A DNA stretch of 64,000 bases from the human T2T-CHM13v2.0 reference genome, Homo sapiens, in NCBI RefSeq assembly GCF_009914755.1, contig NC_060930.1; one strand, 5' to 3'. The notes beneath the pieces are model-generated. The model ran no database searches, was not told where the DNA came from, and saw only the letters and a list, made by a program, of their open reading frames with translations. Positions 54,095 to 64,000 of the stretch are shown here, piece after piece. Position numbers and translations under genes: made by a program. Every line of letters starts with the position of its first letter. The stretch's first letter is position 1.

Positions 54095-54527
54095 GTGTCT
54101 CAGTCCATTGTGTTGCTATATAGGATTACCCGAGGGTGGGCAATTTATAAAAAATCAATATTTATTTGGCTCATGGTTTTGCAAGCTATACAAGAATCAT
54201 AGTGCTGGCATCTGCTTCTAGCAAGGGACTCAGGCTGCTTCCACCCTTGATGGAAGGCAAAGGGGAGCCCGTGGTTGCAGATCACATGGTGAGAGAGAGG
54301 AAGAACAAGAGGAGAAAGTGTCAGGTTGTTTCCAACAACCAGTTCTGTCGGGAACTAAGAATAAGAACTCACTCTCTCTCCAGAGAATGACACCAAGCCA
54401 TTCATGAGAAATCCACTCCACTCCACCCCATGATCCAAACACCTCCCACCAGGCCCTGTCTCCACCACTGTGGATCAAATTTCAACATGAAACTTGAAAG
54501 GACCAAACAAACCATATCCAAACCATA
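54095..54527 (-). mobile_element. MSTB-like MaLR solo LTR
   Basis: tgtctcagtccattgtgttgctata...tatttggctcatggttttgc...catatccaaaccatag. Confidence 0.85.
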
Positions 54528-55039
54528 GAAATATGTATATATGGTTTCTTCATCTAACAATGGAATTGTTGGTAAAGGATAGGCCATACCATTTTGTTTA
54601 AAGTATGCTTTAGCTAAGGACATGGATTCTATTGTCTTATAATGCCATATGGTTTCTAAGCACAAAGCTATTAGAGATAACTAAATGAAAAAGATATTTA
54701 GCAAAAATTTTACAGAAGAAAAAGGTTATATACACTTCTATAAAATTGGAATGTTTCAAGACTTTAAATAGAACATAACAGTTACTTACAGAGGACAGTA
54801 ATTATTAAAGCAATAGTAACAAAGCCATCTATTTTTTATAGTACTTTTCATTTTAAAATCTTTTGTATATACAATAGTCTATTTTCTTTTCTAATAACCC
54901 AGGGAAGGTTTTGTGTGCCCCCACAATAAAATTTTTAGTACCATGCAACACTTCACATTCTTGTAATTCGAAACTGTAGAACCCACTTGCACATGTCAGT
55001 TTTCAGGGCTGACCAAAAGTGACTAACAAAATTATAGAC

Positions 55040-55383
55040 TACTTTGGTCTGAATGTTTGTGTCCCCACAAAAGCCATATGTTGAAGTCTAATCCCCAGTG
55101 TGATGGTGTTAGGAGCTTAGGTTTTTGGCATGATTAGGCCATGAGAGCAGGGCCCTCCTGAATGGGATTAGTGTCGTTATCAGAGTTGCCTTGTTCCTTT
55201 CGCTATATGAGCCTACAGCAAAAAGATTAGCTATCTAGCAAACAACCTTGACTAGACACTGATCTGTTGGTACTTTAATTTCAGGCTTCCCAGCCACTAG
55301 AACTGTGAGAAATAAATTTCTGTTGTTTGCCAACCACTCAGTCTATGGTATTTTGTTATAGCAGCCTGAACAGACTAAGACAC
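55040..55383 (+). mobile_element. MLT1A/MSTD-like MaLR solo LTR
   Basis: ggtctgaatgtttgtgtcccc...agaactgtgagaaataaatttctgttg...gcagcctgaacagactaagaca. Confidence 0.85.
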
Positions 55384-58300
55384 AGAGTACGATTAACTGA
55401 ATATGCCTCAGAAAAACTTGAGTTTTTGTAGCTCAATCGGTCTCAATCACTGCTCTAGCTCTGGTTCATGTCTTTAAATTTTATTTCACTAAAATAGATA
55501 TTATTCGTACAAAGTAAAAAACAAAAGAGTTAGATTAAGTAAAAACTTTCTGATTCCCCAATACCAATCTCATTTCTCTGGTCCTGTGGTATAACAACTA
55601 TTAAGAAATGGTTTAATGTGTGTTATTTCGCATGTTTTTATGAGGCATCTGTGTGTGTGTGTGTGTGTTTGGTGTATGGGTGGGTAGGTGGTTGTGTGGG
55701 TGTTTCTTTTAATACAAATTAAAGTCTTTTCTATTCATCTTATTCTGTAATCTAGGCTTCTAAAAAATTAAAAATAGAAAAGATAAAAATTTAAAAGGCA
55801 GACATCTTTTCTTATGAAAACATATAAATACACATCATTTTCTCCGACCGCCAAAGTTATATATCATTCCAAATTGCATAAATATGCATAAATACATTCT
55901 TGTTATAAAATATGCTTCAATTTTCACTACCATCTATCTAGAACATACATGAAGAAAGATTGCATCATCAAAGACTCCCCAAAAATTATGCCTCAATTTT
56001 TCCCTCCTTCCTGTACTCCCCTGCCTATGCTACCTACCTACAGTGTATATCATCACACTCCAGCACAACTGGCAAGTACAAATGCATGACATGAGTAACC
56101 CTATACAGTGCAGGGTGGATTTCCAGGCATAAACAACACGCTGTTCAGGTTAAATCTCAGAACGCCACATTATTCTGTTTAATTGGCACAGATATAAGGT
56201 ATTATGTGAAGCATTCTTGGGGGGGAGCTCCACTTTCTGCCATTTTCTCCTCAATCATTTTTCTCTTCACAACTGGGTCTCAGAAAATCATATTAAGGGC
56301 TAGAGCAAACTCTTTAGTTATAACTTCTAACCATCAAAGGGATATGAGACTCTGTACCTTCCCCCCATTATGCAACTAAAAATAAAGCAAAAATAAATAA
56401 TTAAATCAAAATTATATTTTTTGGGATTTTGTAAAGTTTCTAGTAACCATTTGTATCACGATTTTGTCTTCTTTTCTTTAAAGAAGGTCTTGTCAATTAA
56501 GTAAACTGTAGACTTCATAAAATCTGGATGGTTTTCTTACACCTGGTTGCTGTTCTTATACCTTATGCATATTTTGTAAATATTTTCAGATATATGGAAC
56601 ATTTAATAAAACTAATACAATTTTTAAAAAGGAAAAGAGGAGCCTTTAGTTTACAATGGCTGGTCTTGCTCTGTGTTCTATTCCAGTTCCAGCTCTAGAT
56701 TCATGCTTTTCTCCCAATGAGTCGGTTCCTATTTTAATGCTTAATTCTAGTATCTGTTTTTCTATCTTATTTCTCTTTCTCGCTCCTTACTCATCATTTC
56801 ATCACATCTTCCAATGCACAATCTTCCTTTACCTTATTCCCTTGAGTTCCAATTTTTTAGTTCCCCTGGAAAAGCGTCTTTCATTAAAACTTTACTTTTA
56901 CCTGTCAGTGAAAGCTCAGCTGCTGCTTGACATCCATAACACTTTGTTTGCAGCCTAAATCATTCTGTTGCCTTCATGCTGGCACCACACCCCTGACCTT
57001 CCAGGACTGATCAGGATGCCTATGAGGGGATCTGCCTCACCCCAGCTCTCTGACATATTGCCACTGCTGACTACTCCCATCACCACTTGCCTCACCCCAA
57101 TGTAGTCTTCAAGATTTATATGTGACCTTGCCTGTGTCTGACCTGATTTAGGGGACAACACACGGCCCTTCCCAGAGACAATGGAAAAATCACTTGCCTC
57201 TCTCTTGCTTGACATATTTTCCATAAACCTTAGTGGTATCATATGCTTTCTCAGGCTCTAAACAGAGACTCCACTGTTACACTGCCTTCTCTGGCTTCCT
57301 GCATCTGGACTCATCTTGTCCATTCTTCATTTTTCCTCCCATTCAGTTTTATTACCATTCCCATCATGTGATCCAAACAGTTACTGTCAACCATGATGAT
57401 CATTATGATCATTATTTTTATTATAACTCTCTGGCCCAGGCACTGTGCTCTGCATTTTGCCTATATATTTCACTTAATTGTCACAAAGCTATGATGAGAA
57501 AAATGTTATCATTATCTATTTTTGTTGGAGTGAGAAACTGAGGTTTAGAAATGTGAGCAACTTGACAAAGGTCATTCAACTAATAAATGAGAGAGTCAAA
57601 CATCAAATTCAGAATATTCTGCAAGAGTATCTTCATGGCAACCCTGTCAGTCACTCTACTGCTAGCCTTATCTGCATTAGCTGACTTCCACATTTCTAGA
57701 CATTAACTTTTCAATGGCTGCCCATTGCCTACAGGATAAATTTCAAACTTTCTTACATTCACCCTGGTGCCAAATTATCTTTGTGTACTTTATGTACAAA
57801 TAACCCATACCCTGCTCCTTTATCTAATCTTTTATTATTTCTGATTTTTCACATAATCACATCTTTTCTCCCCAATTAATCTGCAACATTTCTAAAAGCA
57901 GGTATAATGGTGTTACATATGTTACATAGCTTTTTATTCATCACAACACTTACTAAATGTCCTTCCTGTGGTAGGAGCTCAAAAATTATATGTTGATTAA
58001 TCTTCCAAATTTCCTACATCCCACTGTTGAGTCCTATTTCAGTCACGCACAACAGTGATACATAAATTAATTTGAAGAGTTTTTAAATGTAATATGCTAA
58101 CACATTTCCCCACACCAGACAACACTCATTGGTACCTGTCACTTGTGGATAATCATGCCCCCTGAGGCCACTCAAAAAAACAATCTAAAACTTGGGAATG
58201 AATCATAGTGTCAGGTGTTCTGGAGTTTCCTGAGCATCTTTGTCACCATTTTTTTTCCCAACACCAACTGAAAGTATTATTGAGAAAGAAAATGAGACTA

Positions 58301-59229
58301 AAAGAAGATGAGATGTGCAACAAAGCTGAAAACAATTCAAGAGGCCAAGTTTATGGATGCTAAAGCATGCCCATTGCACTGCCTTGGGTAACTTTTGGCT
58401 TCACAAAAGACTTTGGGAAGATTCAGTCACAGGAAACCAAGACTATGAAAATGGAAAGGAGACACCTAATGTGGCCATCAGTTTATGTCACTGACACTGT
58501 TTTCTTAGTCCTATCACACACCTACAATGATGAAGGCAATCATACTTTGATTCCAGTGACACCAAGGGGTTGATAGAGATGAGTGGCTGGCCCCTGGAAT
58601 TTCTATCAGTGATCCTATAGCTACACCAATGTAATAGTATAATAATCTCTAGAAAGTTGATCCTTTCTCAAACTCAAGCAGCATGAACATAAACTACATT
58701 AGAAACTCACTATTTTTATTGACCCAAAACATGTATGAAGTAAAAACATTACTTGTGATGCAAATTCAGCTTCCAGATGAGTCCATAATTTATCTTCCAG
58801 CCATATTGTTGCCATTAAATCCATCTATGTAGAATTCTGAAACTGCTTCCAATGGAAGGTCAAATTTGTTGCGATTGATATTATTTCCTTTGGGAACTCT
58901 CTGGAGGAGGTTACAGATTCTGTTCCACATTCAGTTTCTAAACATTGAAATCTTGGTATCACCAAGGTGTTTCCATACCACTGTTCCACCATCAACACTG
59001 AATATCACTTTTGTATGTAAGCTCATGTCATCTAGATTTCCATTTTCCCTGTCAACTCCTGCAGATCACCTCACTAAAGTACTTAAAACAGTATCTGGGA
59101 TTTAGTGAGCATTCGATGCATGGGAGTTATTAATATACCTAGAACCATTGGGTGTTTCCAATGTCCTTCAGCAGGGGTATGCCAAGGCCAACTTATTTGA
59201 TTGTTAATATTTTTATTATTTTTTAATCA

Positions 59230-60000
59230 TCCATCCCAGAATGTCATTTTATTACTTTTAGAAATTTAACAAGCCAATTGTTGGACATGCCCATCATTAA
59301 AAATTATATGAACTTATAATTCAATAAATTATATTAAAAATAAGGGTTATAAGCACCCCAAACTCATCACTTTCTAATTATTTTACTATATTTTATATTA
59401 CTTAGGTTTTTGAGGCTATTTAACTCAATCGTATCAGCATGGCAGAAATACTGTATGATGGTGTACTACTGTGCTTCTCTTCCCCACTCTGTGTTCGGTG
59501 ACGTCACCCTAGTAGCTTGAAAATGGTCATGATGGCAATGCTTCATGAAAGAAAGGAGCCAACACTACAAATCAGGACTTGGTTTAGTATTCTGTTGATT
59601 GTTTAGACTAAAGAAAATGATGGAGAAAATGTTAATAATGCTAATTAAACTTAACAGTGTGTTGTGCTTAATATTAAAGCCAAAAGCTATTTCAATTTAA
59701 TGAACGTAACTTTGCACAAGCGTTAGCAATAGCTCAACAATAAATCACTTATAGGATTTAATGGCAACAAATTTATTGGAAAAAGAGGTAGCAGATTGGG
59801 GTCTAATCATTTGTGAAATCATGGTAGCATTGCAACCATAAGTTGGTTATGCATACAAGAGTTCTACAAAAAATAACAAAAGTATACTGTAAGAATCAAT
59901 TGGATACGTGGAATTTACAAAAGGGTATTATATATTTTACTACTTATAAATTTGTGTTATGCTTTATTATATTACATTTATAAACTTTATATGTAAAATG
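59230..60000. mobile_element. MER63/BLACKJACK-like hAT DNA transposon fossil
   Basis: atggtgtactactgtgcttctcttccccactctgtgttcggtgacgtcaccctagtagcttgaaa. Confidence 0.6.
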
Positions 60001-60239
60001 TATAACAAGTATGTATATATATGCACACGTACATATACATATCTGTACACATACACATGCTTTTTTCCTAAAAGCTTTATTATGAAACATTCACTGCACA
60101 CGTCTGCCTTTGGATTTTCTTACCAATCAAAGGATAAAATAACTTTGCTAAGGGTGGAATTCATACAAAAATGAGATGGTGAAAAGGAAAAATGGACATC
60201 ACCTTAGAAAACCATGGAATCGTTCAAGTAGCAAATATT

Positions 60240-60724
60240 TATAATCAGTTATTGCTGCAAAACAAATAACCTCAAAATCAGAAGCTTAAAACTGAGAATA
60301 TTTTTTATTGCTCTGAATTTATGGTTCAGCTATGTAGTCCTGCTCATCTGAAACAGGTTTGACTGGGTTTACTCATGCATTCACAATCAACTAGCTGGTC
60401 TAGGATGGCTTTGCTCGTATGTCTGGCAACAGTCAGGTTGTTGTCTGGGGTGATAGAGGTAATCGAGCCACATGTATCCACCTGCCAACGGGATACCTCA
60501 GCTCATTTTCATAGTTATGGGCAAGATTAACACAAGGCCTCTTGGAGCCTGGGCTTAGAAGTGGCATAAAACTCACTTGCTCCTAATTGTTGACTAAAAC
60601 AAGTCACAAATACAGCTCAGATTCAGAGGTGGGAAAATAACTTCCACCTCTTAATGGGAGTCTGGGAAGTCAAAGGATATGGATATAGAGAGGCATTGGC
60701 AATTTGAGTCATCATCTACCACAA
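60240..60724 (-). mobile_element. Old MLT1 LTR
   Basis: cagttattgctgcaaaacaaataacctcaaaatcagaagcttaaaac...aagtcacaaatacagctcagattcagagg. Confidence 0.7.
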
Positions 60725-61799
60725 CGTTTTCTCCCATCTACGTATGCTCACTTCAGGATCCAGCTGAAATCCTATTTACCTTGGTTAAACAAACTGCCTG
60801 TGAATGGGGCCGGCCCAGCTGTAAACCGACAAACAAAATCTTCTTTGTCCCTGGATTATGGTCCTGCTCTCCCATTTTCTGAATATGAACAATTTAGTAG
60901 ACCTACTGAGACAAGGATAAAGTAGCTAGAATTTAGTCTCAGTTTCTCTTTTCTCATAAAAAAAAATCCCATATAATGCAAATTTGCAATTAGAATCAGG
61001 TTGTAGAAGAAAAATTAAAAAGAGATTTAGTGGAATTAAGGAAGCTGAATGAAATTTAATCCCAAACACCAAGAAAAATATGTCTTAAAAGCTGTGGTTT
61101 TACAAAGTATGAGAGATATATGGACCCAAGCTCAACTTGCGTAAAGAGAAAAAGGGGGCAAAAAAGGGCTACTTTATTCCAGATAGAAACACTAAGGTTA
61201 TAGGAAGGAACTACGTTGTGATAACCTCCTTTTTCTTCTTTGGCCCCTTACCAACATTTGCAATTATATTTATTTATTAACTGGCCTTTTTGTTGACTCA
61301 TGTATCCCTAACACCTAACTCAGTACTCTGGCACAATAAATAGTTAAATGTTAAACTAATGCCTCAATATATGAGACAACAATGACTTTTATAGAAAAGT
61401 TATATTCATGTATGCATTTCAGTAATGTTTTCCTTTTAAAAATACTTTCTGCATAGTCTTCAAAAGTGAAACAGTAGAAAGGAAGGGTCCCGCCTAAATA
61501 TTGGAAAACATTTGAGGATTTCTATGGTTCTTTCCTTCCTTTTGCAGATTGCAGAAGAATTGTAGAACCATACCAATCTTTACGTTTATTCAAATTAATC
61601 AGCCCTATTCCCTCAGCACAGCAGTGTAACCTGCACAAACAATACTCATGCATCTGTTTATAACATTTCTGTGTGGAGATCACATTTACCAATTTGGCTT
61701 TCAATCACAGCAATGACTATCTCTCAATGGTTTTTTAGCCAGTCATATTAAAATAATCCTGCCTGCTGATTCAGAATAGGAAGAAAGGAAGATAATGAA

Positions 61800-62040
61800 T
61801 ATTAGTTGAGTGATTAATTATCAGTTCCTATTCTAGGGTCTCTAATACATTATCTCTTTTAATTCTCTAAAACAATTCTTCAAAATAAGTATCACAATCT
61901 CCATTTCACAGATGAGAAATCTGAGGCTCAAAGAGGTCAAGAATTTGATACAGTTTACAGTTTGTAAAGTGACAGATATGGGATGTCAACTCCAGTAAGT
62001 CTGTCTGATTCTAAAGCTTTTGTTCTTTTCACTCTATAAC
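61800..62040 (-). mobile_element. MIR
   Basis: ccatttcacagatgagaaatctgaggctcaaagaggtcaag. Confidence 0.75.
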
Positions 62041-62829
62041 TGTATTACTTCATCTCTTTTGTTTTAATCAAGATGGGTTTATATTCTTTATTTGAATTTT
62101 AATGGGGAAGAAGCTTTATAAGGTATCATTGGAAATGTAGTAGAAAAGAAAAAGAAATTTCTAAGCCTCTCCTTCCATTTATGATTCTTCCGGAAAGCAT
62201 TAACAACCAAGAGAATGTCATATTTCAGCCCTCAAAGCAGATTAAAACAAACATTCTCATCAGCTATGGTTTATGTCGCAGCAAAATTTTGTATTGCCCA
62301 TAACTAAAATATGCCCCTCCTTTTGATAATGAAGATCCCAGGTCTCACTGTACCCCTCGTATCATTCATCCAATTCTGGCTGGCACTGCTCCATGGCTGC
62401 ACTCCCAGAATCAGTACATTCCCAAGCCAAACCATTCTTCTATTTCGTATTATGTCTGCTTTAATGGGGGAAGGAGTCTCAGAGAAAAGGAAACAGATAG
62501 AGGCTGTGTAAACACAGCATATCCTAGGCTTCAGAGTGAAGTAATATTAGAGGAAGTTTGAAATTTTGCAAAGTGATAGCAATTATACAGTTTAAGCATA
62601 ATTACATGTAAGCATCATATATAATATAAAAGAGAAAGATATTATAAGCAAGTGGCAAAGAAAGATGGAAATAGATATCAGTGCATACACAGGAGAAAAA
62701 GAAACGGACCCTCAGAGGATTAATACAATTTCCCCTTTTAGTGGCAAGCACAAGGCAGTTTAATTTCACTTACTTCTCTATTTGACAAGGTTGTTTTTAT
62801 GATCTCTTCTATTTATAGCCAAATGTTCT

Positions 62830-63003
62830 CCAGTGCAGTACTCCTCAAACCTGACTGCATGAAAATCACTAGGAGAGTTTGTTAAAATGCGGATTCTGAC
62901 CCAGTAGCTCTGGAGTAAGCCCTGAAGAGACTGTGTTTCTAACAAGCTCGCAGTTAATATCCATGCTGCTGGACAATTTTAGAACCCCATTTGAGAAGCA
63001 AGG
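62830..63003. mobile_element. MER5A-like hAT-Charlie MITE
   Basis: ctcaaacctgactgcatgaaaatcactaggagagtttgttaaaatgcggattctgac...tttctaacaagctc...tttgagaagca. Confidence 0.7.
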
Positions 63004-63369
63004 CTCTTGTTCATAAGACACTATATTGTGGAGTATGAGCGGGGAGAGGAATAAAAAGATCTAGTGCCTTAGAAAATGGAGTTAAAAAGAATATTTACTT
63101 AGTTTGCATTTCTAAGAATTCTCCAATTTTGGGCTATCAGTATTGACATCTTTTATCAGATTTCAGAAACTCGTTATGCTTTCCTTTTTAATATAAACAA
63201 CATTTTTCTTGTTTTGCTGACTTCTAGCATTTGAGACCAGTTAGTTCCTCAAATGTTAAGTCTGTGTTTATGTAACAAAAAATGAATTTAGATTTCTACT
63301 TTCAAGGGTTCAATAGGATTCTTTTTTTCTCTTATGGATGAATCTGTGAAGCCACAAAAATCAAAACCA

Positions 63370-63668
63370 ACTAAGTCATGGTGGTTCATGCCTATAGTCC
63401 CAGCACTTTGGGAGGCTGAGGTGGGAGGATCACTTGAGGCCAGGAGCTGGAAAGCAGCCTGGGCAACATAGTGAGACCCTGTCTCAAAAAAAAAAAATAG
63501 CTGGACATGGTGCTGTGTACCTGGAGTCAAAGCTACTCAGGAAGCTGAGGTGGGAGCATCAGTTGAGCCCAGGGGTTTGAAGCTGCAGTAAGCTATGATC
63601 ACAACACTGCACTCTAAACTGTGCAAAAGAGTGAGACCCTATCTCTAAAAATAAAATAAAAATAAAAT
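63370..63668 (+). mobile_element. AluJ
   Basis: gggaggatcacttgaggccaggag...gctgcagtaagctatgatc; (TAAAA)n tail. Confidence 0.9.
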
Positions 63669-64000
63669 CAATGTCATTATTTGTATAGTACATACGTCAT
63701 CTGAATCTAAACGGATTTTAAGGCGAAAATACATAAAACACAATTTTAAGGTTTCTTTTCGACAAGCAGTAGTAAGTTTCAGTCTAGCCAGGGGTAACCT
63801 AGTCTAAGAAAATGCTCCATAAATAATTGAGGGACACAGATTTGCTCCTTCTCTTTCAGAAGCTTCTGGCTAGAAAAAAAAATACTGAAATAAGATTTCC
63901 AGTTATAAAGTAAAACAGTATCTTTGTCAGAGATATAGTGAAATAAAGCTTGATTCTTCTCATTTCCCAGATCAGAAAATCAAGGCGCGGAGAGATTAGT

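Noticed and set aside
59498-59507. Perfect CRE palindrome GTGACGTCAC
   Set aside because: Lies within the MER63-like fossil and is probably inherited from the element; no other support.

Overview
Mammalian (human-like: Alu, THE1, MER11, L1PA) genomic DNA containing TENT5A (FAM46A; non-canonical cytoplasmic poly(A) polymerase, chr6q14 by recognition) on the minus strand in the first ~6.3 kb. The window holds about 3 kb of 3'UTR (running off the left edge), two coding exons giving a 442-aa protein with a 15-bp GGDFG coding VNTR, alternative first-exon donors and a TATA-containing CpG-island promoter. The remaining ~57 kb is upstream intergenic DNA made mostly of interspersed repeats. The most notable elements are: (1) a SNORA70-intron-RPL10 3'-exon retrocopy, a fossil of a snoRNA-ended polyadenylated RNA that keeps its splice acceptor and has gained a donor; (2) an L1-mobilised, polyadenylated MER11 LTR fragment whose 5' junction carries a perfect 31-bp fold-back copy of its target site; (3) a composite Alu insertion; (4) a twin-primed old L1; (5) complementary A/U tracts in the TENT5A 3'UTR. 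Repeat subfamily names come from recalled consensus sequences, not a database search, and repeat boundaries are approximate. Nearly all other ORFs in the supplied track are spurious.
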